Source of the DNA: Ignavibacteriales bacterium
Lineage (GTDB): Bacteria > Bacteroidota > Ignavibacteria > UBA10030 > BY39
Assembly: GCA_037443545.1 (NCBI GenBank)
Contig: JBBIOD010000008.1
Location: 1 to 50,046 of the forward strand
Direction: 5' to 3'
DNA length: 50,046 nucleotides
Shown: in pieces, positions 10,537 through 20,336 of the stretch
Position numbering within the stretch: the stretch's first letter is position 1
Layout: every line of letters begins with the position of its first letter
Program-made: the position numbers and the translations under genes
The notes under the pieces: model-generated
What the model was told of the DNA's origin: nothing
Databases searched by the model: none
Seen by the model: only the letters and a program-made list of their open reading frames with translations

Positions 10537-11484
10537 TTATCCTTTGTAAATATCAAATAACGAACTTATCGACTGATTTTTATAACATCGTTTTATCGCT
10601 TCTGCAAATAAACGGTCGGCTGATAGACATTGAATTTTATCCAATGTCTTTGAATTTAGTGTAAAAGAGACCGAATTTGTAATGTATAATTTTTTAATTT
10701 CCGATTCTTGAATTTTCTTTGCTGCATCACCCGACAGTATAGGATGAGTGCAGGCGCCATAAATATCTTTTGCACCAGCTTCTTTTAATGCCCGTATTGC
10801 ATTAATAAACGTTCCACCGGTATCTATTAAATCATCTACAATCAGGATATTGCGATTTACGGCAGTCCCGATTATATTCATGACTTCAACTTGATTCGCT
10901 TTAGGCCTTCGTTTGTCAATCAGTATGAGTTCCGCGTCTAAACGTTTGGCATACGAGCGTGCTAATTTTATACTTCCAACATCGGGTGAAACTACAGCCA
11001 AGTTTGGAATTTTATGTTGCTTAAAGTACGGTGCAAATATAGCTGATGAATACAGATGATCAACGGGAATATCGAAAAACCCTTGTATTTGAGCAGCATG
11101 TAAATCCATAGTGATTACTCGATCGGCACCTGCCTTAGTTAGCAAATTTGCAACGAGCTTTGCTGTAATGGATACTCGAGGTTGATCTTTCCTGTCCTGT
11201 CGAGCATACCCAAAATAAGGAATTACCACAGTAACTCTTTTTGCAGATGCTCTCTTTGCGGCATCTAACATTATCAACAATTCCATCAAATTGTCTGATG
11301 GTGGATTTGTGGATTGGATTATAAAAACATCCGACCCACGTATATTTTCAGTATATTTGACCCAAATTTCGCCATCACTGAAATTTACGATCTGACATTT
11401 CCCTAAGGCAATGCCGAGCCGCTTGCTGATTGCTTTCGCTAAATGCGGATTCGATCTACCTGAAAATAACTGAAGATCCGGCAT
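10537..11484 (-). CDS. prs: Ribose-phosphate pyrophosphokinase
   Basis: FSDGE, YFGYARQDRK, DLHAAQIQGFF and VDDLIDTGGT motifs. Confidence 0.97.
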   Translation of the reverse strand: MPDLQLFSGRSNPHLAKAISKRLGIALGKCQIVNFSDGEIWVKYTENIRGSDVFIIQSTNPPSDNLMELLIMLDAAKRASAKRVTVVIPYFGYARQDRKDQPRVSITAKLVANLLTKAGADRVITMDLHAAQIQGFFDIPVDHLYSSAIFAPYFKQHKIPNLAVVSPDVGSIKLARSYAKRLDAELILIDKRRPKANQVEVMNIIGTAVNRNILIVDDLIDTGGTFINAIRALKEAGAKDIYGACTHPILSGDAAKKIQESEIKKLYITNSVSFTLNSKTLDKIQCLSADRLFAEAIKRCYKNQSISSLFDIYKG

Positions 11485-11559
11485 AAAATTATATTCGCTT
11501 TGTTAATTATTAGGGTAAAGTTACTGTAACCCGTATAAAATTTGATAATTTTGAGTTTT

Positions 11560-11588
11560 AATATACATAAATCTTTAGAATTTAGCAA
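11560..11588 (-). promoter_or_regulatory. Sigma70-type promoter for the prs operon
   Basis: Minus strand TTGCTA-17 bp-TATATT. Confidence 0.55.
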
Positions 11589-11731
11589 GGCGTTTTTTTA
11601 CACCAAAAAGTTTAAGTCTGAAAAAAAATAATATCAATCTAGCTACACCTTACTGCTTATATGTGTAATTTCTAAAATTGGCAAATTTTATTATATTGGT
11701 TTTATTCTTAATCAACGAAAGGGGTTCTGAA

Positions 11732-12391
11732 GTGAAAATTGTTACGCGACTCAAGGAACAAAGACGCAATATCTTATTGATGGTTCTTTTGACATGGTTA
11801 CCGGTAGTTGTATTTCTCGGCTTAATCATTGCATTAAGCCTAAAATTAGGGAGACCCATAACATTCTTTTTTCAGGATTTTTTCTTCATTACTAATAGTC
11901 CAATCTATACAGGTTTTGTTTCGAATATCGGGATAATTTTCTGGTCGGTAACGGCTGGTATTTTATTTTTTGCAGCCGTATTTTGTTATCAATCCCAAGC
12001 CAGCAGACAGGTGCAATGGTTTTACATTTTCGGCGCTGTTATTACTCTTATTATGCTTTTCGATGATTTTTTCTTATTCCATGAAATTATATATCCTCGG
12101 TTCTTTCATATACGTTCGGGTACAGTTTATATAATTTATGGAGTTATGGGTATTATTTATCTTATTGTTTTCAGGAAACATATTTTAGCGAGTAACTTTT
12201 TGGTTTTGTTTTTAGCTTTTCTATTTTTCTTCATCTCAGTTGTGTTTGATGAATTACGAGAGAGGTGGCTGTTTAATCCTTATTGGATTGTGTGCGAAGA
12301 CGGGTTTAAGTTACTGGGTATTGTCAGCTGGCTAACATATTATTTATTAACTTCATTGCAGTCGGTAAAGGAGTTAGTTCAATCGAAATGA
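11732..12391 (+). CDS. Uncharacterised multi-pass membrane protein (likely GTG start at 11732; ORF open from 11678)
   Basis: About 7 hydrophobic segments; polar motifs FDDFFLFHE, FDE and EDGFK; purine-rich GAAAGGGG before the GTG. Confidence 0.7.
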   Translation: MKIVTRLKEQRRNILLMVLLTWLPVVVFLGLIIALSLKLGRPITFFFQDFFFITNSPIYTGFVSNIGIIFWSVTAGILFFAAVFCYQSQASRQVQWFYIFGAVITLIMLFDDFFLFHEIIYPRFFHIRSGTVYIIYGVMGIIYLIVFRKHILASNFLVLFLAFLFFFISVVFDELRERWLFNPYWIVCEDGFKLLGIVSWLTYYLLTSLQSVKELVQSK

Positions 12392-12420
12392 TTTGAATTT
12401 TTAGATAATTTTTTTATATT

Positions 12421-13305
12421 TTGACAAAATCATTGAGTATAATCAAAAAAGAAATTGAATTTCAAAATAGCTTTAACGATATTTTTAGATGCGATGTTCG
12501 AGTACCGGATAGTTATTTTGCCAAAGATAAAAAGTTATTTGAAAAAATTCCCTGCGTCATCATCTGTCCTGGTTTTATGGCTTTTAAAGATTGGGGTCAT
12601 TTCCCTTACATCGGCAAAAAATTGGCTCAGGCAAATTATTGTTCAATTGTTCTGAATTATTCCTATAATGGCGTTGAAGAACAACGAAATCGTATAACGA
12701 ACCTCGAAAAGTTTGCTGTCAACACTGTTTCGCAAGAGTTAGCCGATATACTGAATGTAATAGACTCTGTCAGTGATGGAAATTTAGAAGAATTTTGTAT
12801 CGACACGGAAAATATTTTCTTATTAGGTCATTCACGCGGTGCCGCTAATGCCTTGTTAATAGCTTCATCCGATAAAAGAATTAAAAAATTAGTAACCTGG
12901 GCAAGTATAGCTTATTACGATCGTTGGACAGAGCATCAAAAGAACTATTGGCGACAGTCAGGATTTTTCTCCATCTCGAAAGAAACTGAATCGAATCCGA
13001 TTCGATTGAAAATCGATTATCTTGAAGATATCGAAAAAAATAGAGACAGATTTGATTTGTATAAAGCAGCAAGTCGAATAAATATTCCCTGGCTAATTGT
13101 CCATGGCACAGAAGATCTGGTCGCTAAAATTTCTGAAGCCGAGAAGTTATATGATTTATCAGCGGGTGCACAAACACAACTTGTTAAAATTCCAAAAGTA
13201 GGACACATTTTTGGTACTGAGACACCTACTAATCGAGAAGATAGCACACTAAATAATATTTTACAACTAACTATTAACTGGTTACAAAATCTATCAAGGA
13301 GATAA
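12421..13305 (+). CDS. Alpha/beta hydrolase-fold enzyme
   Basis: GHSRG nucleophile elbow, HGTED acid motif, GHIF histidine; start uncertain. Confidence 0.85.
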   Translation: MTKSLSIIKKEIEFQNSFNDIFRCDVRVPDSYFAKDKKLFEKIPCVIICPGFMAFKDWGHFPYIGKKLAQANYCSIVLNYSYNGVEEQRNRITNLEKFAVNTVSQELADILNVIDSVSDGNLEEFCIDTENIFLLGHSRGAANALLIASSDKRIKKLVTWASIAYYDRWTEHQKNYWRQSGFFSISKETESNPIRLKIDYLEDIEKNRDRFDLYKAASRINIPWLIVHGTEDLVAKISEAEKLYDLSAGAQTQLVKIPKVGHIFGTETPTNREDSTLNNILQLTINWLQNLSRR

Positions 13306-13306
13306 A

Positions 13307-13861
13307 ATGCAAATTTCAAAATCGTTAACTATTCAACCTCATTTCATTTTACGATACGGTTTAACCGTTCAAGCCACATTGGTTTTCGCATTCGTCGCGC
13401 TAACCGCGATTGGAGCCTGGATCGAAATTCCCACTCAACCAGTTCCATTCACACTTCAAACTTTTTTTGTTTTGCTTTCGGCGGTCGTACTCGGCGCTCG
13501 AAACGCATTTTTCAGTCAGCTAATTTATCTGTCTCTCGGTATAATCGGATTGCCTATGTTTGCAGGTTTTAGTTTTGGTTTTGTTAAATTAATCGGACCT
13601 ACCGGTGGATATCTATTGAGTTTCCCGATAGCGGCTTTGGTTACAGGATATTTAGTTACACTCAATGGCAGGTATTTATGGACAATTACTTCTGTTATGG
13701 CAGGGATGTTCATAATTTTCAGTTTCGGAACTGCTTACTTGAACTTTGTATTTTTCAATGATATTGCTAAATCGTTGACGAGCGGTTTCTTAATTTTTTC
13801 TTGGTGGGATGCAATCAAAATTTTTGCTGTCGCCTCAATATATAATCAATTAAGGAAATAA
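13307..13861 (+). CDS. bioY: Biotin transporter BioY
   Basis: PVPFTLQT, GLPMFAG and GPTGGYL motifs. Confidence 0.93.
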   Translation: MQISKSLTIQPHFILRYGLTVQATLVFAFVALTAIGAWIEIPTQPVPFTLQTFFVLLSAVVLGARNAFFSQLIYLSLGIIGLPMFAGFSFGFVKLIGPTGGYLLSFPIAALVTGYLVTLNGRYLWTITSVMAGMFIIFSFGTAYLNFVFFNDIAKSLTSGFLIFSWWDAIKIFAVASIYNQLRK

Positions 13862-13869
13862 TATAACTT

Positions 13870-13898
13870 TTGCTTAATAACAAAAAATTAAGTATATT
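13870..13898 (+). promoter_or_regulatory. Sigma70-type promoter immediately before cmk
   Basis: TTGCTT(13870-13875)-17 bp-TATATT(13893-13898). Confidence 0.55.
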
Positions 13899-13907
13899 TT
13901 TCAAAAA

Positions 13908-14591
13908 TTGAAACAAATAGTAATAGCAATAGATGGGCCCGCTGCGTCGGGGAAATCAACAACAGCTAAACTTACAGCCGAGAGGCTAAAATACCTTCAT
14001 GTCGATACCGGTGCAATGTATCGGGCACTTACACTGAAAATTATACAAAATAATATCGACCCGGAAGATGAAAAATCGGTGTATGATGCAATTCGCGATT
14101 GTAAAATTGAGTTTGAACGAAAAAACAAAGTAACAAAAGTTTTATTAAACGGAAATGACGTAACCGAAACTATACGGAACAAAGAAGTAACCTCTGCTGT
14201 TAGCGCAATTAGCAGTTATAAGCGCGTAAGAGATTTAATGGTAGCTCAACAACGGAGAATGTGCGCCGATGGTGGAGTTGTTCTCGAAGGTCGGGATATT
14301 GGTACGGTTGTAGTTCCAAATGCCGATTTAAAAATATTTATGATTGCCTCTATCGAAGAAAGGGCGAAGCGACGACAGAATGAGCTTGCTGAAAAAGGAA
14401 ATACTGCTGATTTTGAAGATTTGATAAAAGATATCAATGAACGCGATACGAAAGATTCAAATCGCACCGAAAGCCCTTTGAAAAAAGCTGACGATGGAAT
14501 TATTTTGGATACTTCGAATCTAACGATAAATCAACAAGTTGATTTTATCGTAAATAAAGCTTTAGAAATAATAAAGAAAATTGGTAGTTAG
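13908..14591 (+). CDS. cmk: Cytidylate kinase (TTG start)
   Basis: IAIDGPAASGKST, DTGAMYR and EGRDIGTVV motifs. Confidence 0.96.
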   Translation: MKQIVIAIDGPAASGKSTTAKLTAERLKYLHVDTGAMYRALTLKIIQNNIDPEDEKSVYDAIRDCKIEFERKNKVTKVLLNGNDVTETIRNKEVTSAVSAISSYKRVRDLMVAQQRRMCADGGVVLEGRDIGTVVVPNADLKIFMIASIEERAKRRQNELAEKGNTADFEDLIKDINERDTKDSNRTESPLKKADDGIILDTSNLTINQQVDFIVNKALEIIKKIGS

Positions 14592-15459
14592 TATAGATAA
14601 AAATTCAGGATTCTGCTGGGGCGTTGTTCGGACAATCGACATAGCTGAAGAAGAATTAAATAAATCGAATAAGCTGTACTGTTTAGGTGAAATAATTCAC
14701 AATCCATCTGAAATTTCGCGTTTAAATAAATTAGGTTTGGTAACCATTACTCGTGATGATTTTCACAAAATCGAAAACTCAACAGTTTTAATTCGCGCTC
14801 ATGGTGAACCACCTGAAACTTACAATTTAGCAAAGAAATTCAACATCACTTTAATCGATGCTACTTGTCCGGTAGTTACTAAGGTACAAGAACGAATCCG
14901 AAGTTACGCTGCGTTGGGTTACCAGATAGTTATTTTCGGAAAAAAGAACCACGCCGAAGTAATCGGTCTATTGGGGCAAATAAACGGCAAAGGTATTGTA
15001 ATCGATTCGCTCGATGATGTTGATTCCGTAGATTGTAGTAAGAATACAGTTCTGTTTTCGCAGACAACGATGGATAAGACAACGTTCTATAAAATTCGCG
15101 ATGCGTTAAAAAAGCGAATTAATGAATTGATTGTAGATTCCTTTGAAGACGAGGCTGTTCAATTTGTTGCGAAAGACACCATTTGCGGTCAAGTGTCGGG
15201 GCGTGAAAATAAACTCCGAGAATTTGCCGAACAAAACGACGTTGTTATTTTTGTAGCCGGCAAATCGAGTTCAAACGGTAAAGTTCTTTACACGATTTGT
15301 AAAAATGCAAACGAGCGTTCACACTTCGTAGAAGATGAAAATGAAATTAGCCTCTGCTGGTTCGATGATGCAAAAACTGTTGGTGTCAGCGGGGCAACAT
15401 CTACACCACAATGGTTGATGCAGCGAGTTAAGAACTTTATTGAAAAAGTAACAAATTAA
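14581..15459 (+). CDS. ispH: 4-hydroxy-3-methylbut-2-enyl diphosphate reductase
   Basis: GFCWGV, IRAHG, DATCP, DTIC, SSN and GATSTP motifs. Confidence 0.96.
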   Translation: MVVSIDKNSGFCWGVVRTIDIAEEELNKSNKLYCLGEIIHNPSEISRLNKLGLVTITRDDFHKIENSTVLIRAHGEPPETYNLAKKFNITLIDATCPVVTKVQERIRSYAALGYQIVIFGKKNHAEVIGLLGQINGKGIVIDSLDDVDSVDCSKNTVLFSQTTMDKTTFYKIRDALKKRINELIVDSFEDEAVQFVAKDTICGQVSGRENKLREFAEQNDVVIFVAGKSSSNGKVLYTICKNANERSHFVEDENEISLCWFDDAKTVGVSGATSTPQWLMQRVKNFIEKVTN

Positions 15460-15509
15460 AAGTTTTTCAAACCATCATTAATAAACAAAAATAATAACTA
15501 AAATTATTT

Positions 15510-15610
15510 TTCTTGATGCATGTGAGATTTTCTCTCGATGGTGGAGAAAAGATCACAGGAATTCGAGAACATCTGTTTAAAAAACAGATCAAAAAACCTT
15601 AGGAGGTTTA
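15510..15610 (+). promoter_or_regulatory. Structured rpsA leader (three hairpins, SD partly sequestered)
   Basis: Nested pairs TTCTTGA/TCGAGAA, TGTGA/TCACA and TTTTCTC/GAGAAAA (15510-15569); ATCTGTTT/AAACAGAT (15571-15589); AAACCT-tagg-AGGTTT (15594-15609) overlapping GGAGG. Confidence 0.55.
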
Positions 15611-17458
15611 ATGTTAGATGAAACAAAAGTACAATCTGCAACTGATTCAGCAGCATTGATTCAGGAAGCAGAGAAAAAAATAATTCCGGCAACAACGCAT
15701 GATCCTGCTTTTATTCTAAATAGGATTATGGAGGAAGAATACAGCGAAGAGGAATCCAAACAACTTACGAGTTTGTATGAAGCAACTTTTGGTAAGGTTT
15801 CTGCCAACCAACTTGTTAAAGGAAAAATTGTTGCTATCGGAGAAAATGAAGTATCGATAGATATTGGATTCAAATCTGAGGGCAGCGTCCCAATCGGAGA
15901 ATTTTCAAATATCGACGAACTCAAAGTTGGCGACGAGATTGAAGTATTTCTCGAAAGCGTAGAAAATAAAGATGGTCAATTAGTGCTGTCGCGGAAGCGT
16001 GCCGACTTTATGCGTGTTTGGGAAAGAGTTACTACTGCGCACGAAACCGGCGAAATTATTCAAGGGAAAATTTTAAGACGGATAAAAGGTGGACTCGTAG
16101 CAGATGTGTGGGGAATCGAAGCATTCCTTCCTGGTTCTCAAATCGACGTGAAACCGATTCGCGACTTCGATCATTTCATTGATAAAACGATGGATTTGAA
16201 AATTGTTAAAGTAAATAACACAGCAGAAAACATCGTGGTTAGCCACAAAGTTCTTGTTGAAGAAGAAATGGCAGACCAAAGAAATGCTATACTCGGCTCG
16301 ATCGAAAAAGGACAAATACTTGAAGGAACTGTTAAAGCGATCGCCGACTTTGGTGTGTTCGTTGATCTGGGCGGCGTGGATGGTTTAATTCACATTACAG
16401 ATTTATCGTGGGGGAGAATCAATCACCCGACTGAAGTGGTAAAACTCGATCAAGTAATCAACGTGGTTGTTACTGAATACGACCCTGAAAAGAAACGAAT
16501 TTCGCTCGGGCTTAAACAACTTTCTGCCCATCCTTGGGAAAATATTGAAGAAAAATATCCCGTAGGAATGAAAATTAACGGTAAAATTGTTTCCCTTACC
16601 GATTATGGAGCGTTTGTAGAAATTGAGAAGGGCATAGAAGGACTGATCCATATTTCAGAGATGAGTTGGACTCAACACATCAAGCATCCGTCTCAAGTTG
16701 TATCTATGGGACAAATGGTCGATGCAATTATTTTGAGTCTCGATAAAGAAAATAAAAAGATATCACTTGGAGTTAAACAATTGGAACCGGATCCGTGGTA
16801 TAATCTACTGCAGAAATATCCTGTTGGTTCAAAGCACCGAGGTGTTGTTCGTAACCTCACCAACTTCGGCGTATTCGTTGAACTTGAACAAGGAGTTGAT
16901 GGTCTAATTCATATTTCCGATCTGTCCTGGACAAAGAAAATTCGGCATCCAGGGGAAGTTGTGAAGAAAAACCAATCGATCAATGTTGTAATTCTGGGTG
17001 TTGATGTTGAACAACGAAGGATATCTTTAGGCCATAAACAAATCATGGATAACCCGTGGGACGCTTTTGAGACAGCCTATAAAGTTGGAGTCGAAATTGA
17101 TGGAACACTCACACGAATCATCGAAAAAGGCGTTATCGTTGAATTACCTCTCGGTGTCGAAGGATTTGTTCCTGCATCTCAACTCGCAACTATTCAGGTG
17201 AAAAATATCGCCGATACTTTTAAAGTAGGCGATGTGTTGAACTTGAAAGTAATCGAGTTCGATAAAGACGCAAAAAAAATTGTTCTTTCCGTTATCGAAT
17301 ATTTAAGAGGCAAAGAACAAAAAATAGTTGACGAGTATGTAGGTGAACACAAATTACCTCCAATGACGATAAAAGATTTCGTGAAAGCTCCACAGCCTTC
17401 CGAAATTGCTTCGTTTGAGGAATTAGGTAACGCTCCGGCGCCTGATGAAATTCAGTAA
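15611..17458 (+). CDS. rpsA: 30S ribosomal protein S1
   Basis: Six S1 repeats (FGVFVDLGGVDGLIHITDLSW and similar); cmk-ispH-rpsA synteny. Confidence 0.97.
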   Translation: MLDETKVQSATDSAALIQEAEKKIIPATTHDPAFILNRIMEEEYSEEESKQLTSLYEATFGKVSANQLVKGKIVAIGENEVSIDIGFKSEGSVPIGEFSNIDELKVGDEIEVFLESVENKDGQLVLSRKRADFMRVWERVTTAHETGEIIQGKILRRIKGGLVADVWGIEAFLPGSQIDVKPIRDFDHFIDKTMDLKIVKVNNTAENIVVSHKVLVEEEMADQRNAILGSIEKGQILEGTVKAIADFGVFVDLGGVDGLIHITDLSWGRINHPTEVVKLDQVINVVVTEYDPEKKRISLGLKQLSAHPWENIEEKYPVGMKINGKIVSLTDYGAFVEIEKGIEGLIHISEMSWTQHIKHPSQVVSMGQMVDAIILSLDKENKKISLGVKQLEPDPWYNLLQKYPVGSKHRGVVRNLTNFGVFVELEQGVDGLIHISDLSWTKKIRHPGEVVKKNQSINVVILGVDVEQRRISLGHKQIMDNPWDAFETAYKVGVEIDGTLTRIIEKGVIVELPLGVEGFVPASQLATIQVKNIADTFKVGDVLNLKVIEFDKDAKKIVLSVIEYLRGKEQKIVDEYVGEHKLPPMTIKDFVKAPQPSEIASFEELGNAPAPDEIQ

Positions 17459-17482
17459 TCATTTAATTTCATTAATCTTAAG

Positions 17483-17513
17483 AGAGTTGGCTCGTAAGGG
17501 TCAACTCTTTTTT
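17483..17513 (+). terminator. Intrinsic terminator after rpsA
   Basis: AGAGTTGGCTC-gtaa-GGGTCAACTCT followed by TTTTT. Confidence 0.88.
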
Positions 17514-17535
17514 GTATTAAAGTAGAATGTAGTTT

Positions 17536-18831
17536 ATGAAGAGTGTCGCATTCCATACTTTAGGCTGTAAATTAAATTTTGCTGAAACATCAACTATTGG
17601 CAGACAATTTATTGAGAAAGGATTCACCGTATCTCCATTTGCCGAAAAAGCCGATGTTTCTATAATCAATACTTGCAGCGTTTCTCAAAGAGCAGATAGA
17701 GAATGCAAAAAAATAATACGAAGCGCTGTCAGAAAATCACCGGACGCATTCATAATTGTAACGGGATGTTTTGCTCAACTGCGGCCCGAAGAAGTAGCTT
17801 CTATAGCGGGCGTTGATTTGGTTTTAGGGACACAGGAAAAATTTAATATTTTCGATCACATCGATTCTTTTAAAAAAAATAACCCGCCTCAAGTTTTTGT
17901 TTCAGAAATTAAAAATGCAGACGATTTTGGTCTTGCATTTTCGGGTGAAGCTGATGAGAGAACACGAGCATTTTTGAAAGTACAAGACGGTTGCGATTTT
18001 GTATGCTCTTACTGCACAATTCCACTCGCACGAGGTTCAAGCCGAAGCCAGTCGATCGAAACCTCCGTAACGCAAGCCCGTTGGTTAGCCGAAAAAGGTT
18101 ACAAAGAAATTGTTCTTTCAGGAGTTAATGTTGGTGATTTTGGCAAAACAAGCGAAACAAATTTATTGGTGTTACTCAAAGCGCTTGTTGAAGTTGATGG
18201 AATCGAACGAATCAGGGTGAGTTCAATCGAACCAAATTTATTGACTGAAGAATTAATCAATTTAATTTTAGAGTCAGATAAATTATGTAATCATTTTCAT
18301 ATTCCGTTGCAGAGCGGTTCGAACGAAGTTCTGCGTCTCATGAAGCGCCGGCACACAAGAGAAGATTTTCAAAGGCTGATTGAATATATCAAATTGAAAG
18401 ATAATTCGGCAGGCATCGGTTCGGATGTAATAGTTGGTTTCCCCGGTGAAACGGATGTCCTTTTCGACGAAACTTACAATTTCCTGCTTGATCTACCACT
18501 TTCGTATCTGCATGTTTTTACCTACTCTGAGCGTCCCAATACTCCAGCAGCATCTTATCCAAATTCCATTCAACCAAAGGGTCGCTTTTACAGAAACGAA
18601 AAACTTCGTATCTTGAGCACAAAAAAGCGTTTTCAATTTTACTCACAGTTAGTCGGTAAAAAATTAGATGTATTATACGAAACCAATATTAAAAACGGTT
18701 TTGTGTCCGGTTTTTCAACAAATTATATTCGGATAAAAACTAAAGCGACTGAAGGCCTTTTTAACCGGGTTGTGCAAACGCTAATTAAAAATGTAAATAA
18801 AGATTATTGTGAAGGAGATGTTGTCGTATGA
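17536..18831 (+). CDS. mtaB: tRNA t6A37 methylthiotransferase MtaB
   Basis: TLGCKLN.AE, INTCSV, radical-SAM CDFVCSYC, IPLARG.SRS and RVSSIEP. Confidence 0.92.
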   Translation: MKSVAFHTLGCKLNFAETSTIGRQFIEKGFTVSPFAEKADVSIINTCSVSQRADRECKKIIRSAVRKSPDAFIIVTGCFAQLRPEEVASIAGVDLVLGTQEKFNIFDHIDSFKKNNPPQVFVSEIKNADDFGLAFSGEADERTRAFLKVQDGCDFVCSYCTIPLARGSSRSQSIETSVTQARWLAEKGYKEIVLSGVNVGDFGKTSETNLLVLLKALVEVDGIERIRVSSIEPNLLTEELINLILESDKLCNHFHIPLQSGSNEVLRLMKRRHTREDFQRLIEYIKLKDNSAGIGSDVIVGFPGETDVLFDETYNFLLDLPLSYLHVFTYSERPNTPAASYPNSIQPKGRFYRNEKLRILSTKKRFQFYSQLVGKKLDVLYETNIKNGFVSGFSTNYIRIKTKATEGLFNRVVQTLIKNVNKDYCEGDVVV

Positions 18832-19580
18832 AAAAAATAATTTGTGCCTTAATGTTCTTTTTTACTGGGCAGGCAATTATCGCTCAGCCTTTAACCAGTC
18901 CAATCGTCAGTCATAAGAATATTAAAGATTTTTTCAATCAACCAATCGATATTGAATCACGTCACACATTAGTTTTTTCTGATCAGAGTGCTTCTTCAAA
19001 AAAATCTGTACCACTTGCTGTTGCCCTTTCGTCTGTACTCCCTGGTATGGGCGAACTTTATGCCGGTGATTACAGTAGAGGAAAATATCTGACTTCTGCC
19101 GAAGGATTTCTCTGGTTGACATTTGCTTCAGTGCATTTTTACGGAACATGGTTGAAAAACGATGCACGACTTTTTGCTTCAACCAATGCGGGAGTAAAGT
19201 TGGCAGGGCAGGATGATAAATATTTTGTAGATATCGGTAATTATTCTGATATATATTGGTACAACGAGAGAAAATTGCAACACAGACAAGAAGAAAAATT
19301 GTACGATCCTAATTCAAATTATTATTGGCGATGGAATGATGAAGCGAGCCGACAGAAATATCGCAATATTAGAATCAAAAGTGATGAAGTACTTAACAGC
19401 AGACAATTTATTGTTGGTGCAATTTTAGCCAATCATATCGTCAGCGCAATAAACGCAGGGATGTTAGCCAGTAAATTTAACAAGGGATCTAAAATCACAA
19501 ATAATATTCAGATTAACAGCAAATTATGTGTTACTGCTAATAATCCGGAATTTGTGGTTACGATTTCAAAACTGTTTTGA
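18828..19580 (+). CDS. Exported/membrane hypothetical protein (DUF5683-like N-terminal motif)
   Basis: Signal-peptide-like start; KS...A..LS.VLPGMGELY motif. Confidence 0.65.
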   Translation: MKKIICALMFFFTGQAIIAQPLTSPIVSHKNIKDFFNQPIDIESRHTLVFSDQSASSKKSVPLAVALSSVLPGMGELYAGDYSRGKYLTSAEGFLWLTFASVHFYGTWLKNDARLFASTNAGVKLAGQDDKYFVDIGNYSDIYWYNERKLQHRQEEKLYDPNSNYYWRWNDEASRQKYRNIRIKSDEVLNSRQFIVGAILANHIVSAINAGMLASKFNKGSKITNNIQINSKLCVTANNPEFVVTISKLF

Positions 19581-20315
19581 TTGAACGTGCGAAATATTAA
19601 ACTTGTTATTGAATACGACGGAACCGATTTTGTGGGTTGGCAACGACAACCGAACGGAAGAAGTGTTCAGGAAGTTATCGAAAAAACACTCGCAAATCTC
19701 TTACAAGAAGAAGTTAACGTAATCGGTTCGGGAAGAACCGACAGCGGTGTACATGCGCGAGGTCAGGTGGCTAATATTCGCTGCAACTCAAAAATGAATG
19801 TCGAACAATTCCAAAAAAGTTTTTCGGCTTTGTTACCTAAAGATATTTGTATACACGAGGCAACAGATGTGGATTTCAATTTCCATGCTCGCTATGCAGC
19901 CAAGTCGCGTGAATATTCATATTCAATAACAACAAAATATTCTGCATTACGAAGAAGATATTCGTGGTTTGTAAAGTACAATATCGACAAAACAATTTTG
20001 GATGATTGTGCGAATATAGTATTAGGAATTCACGACTTCGAAGGTTTTTGTAAATTGGATGCGGGTAATGAACATTTTTTAAGTAATGTGGTCCGGTCGG
20101 AATGGAAATATGAAAACACTAATTTGATTTATGAGATCGAAGCAAACAGATTTCTTTACGGAATGGTGCGTGGTTTAGTTGGAACGATGGTGGACGTTGC
20201 ACGTGGTTATCGCAGTTTAGATGATTTTAGAAGAGTATTAATTGAAAAAGTCAGAGCGAAAGCTGGCACATTGGCGCCGCCTCATGGCTTAACACTCGAG
20301 AATGTTAAATATTAA
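19581..20315 (+). CDS. truA: tRNA pseudouridine(38-40) synthase
   Basis: EYDGT.F.GWQ.Q, SGRTDSGVHA.GQ, FHARY and FLYGMVR motifs. Confidence 0.96.
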   Translation: MNVRNIKLVIEYDGTDFVGWQRQPNGRSVQEVIEKTLANLLQEEVNVIGSGRTDSGVHARGQVANIRCNSKMNVEQFQKSFSALLPKDICIHEATDVDFNFHARYAAKSREYSYSITTKYSALRRRYSWFVKYNIDKTILDDCANIVLGIHDFEGFCKLDAGNEHFLSNVVRSEWKYENTNLIYEIEANRFLYGMVRGLVGTMVDVARGYRSLDDFRRVLIEKVRAKAGTLAPPHGLTLENVKY

Positions 20316-20336
20316 TTTTTAAATTAGGAGAAACCA

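Noticed and set aside
11485-11677. tRNA-Gln often found upstream of prs
   Set aside because: No cloverleaf or T-loop motif on either strand
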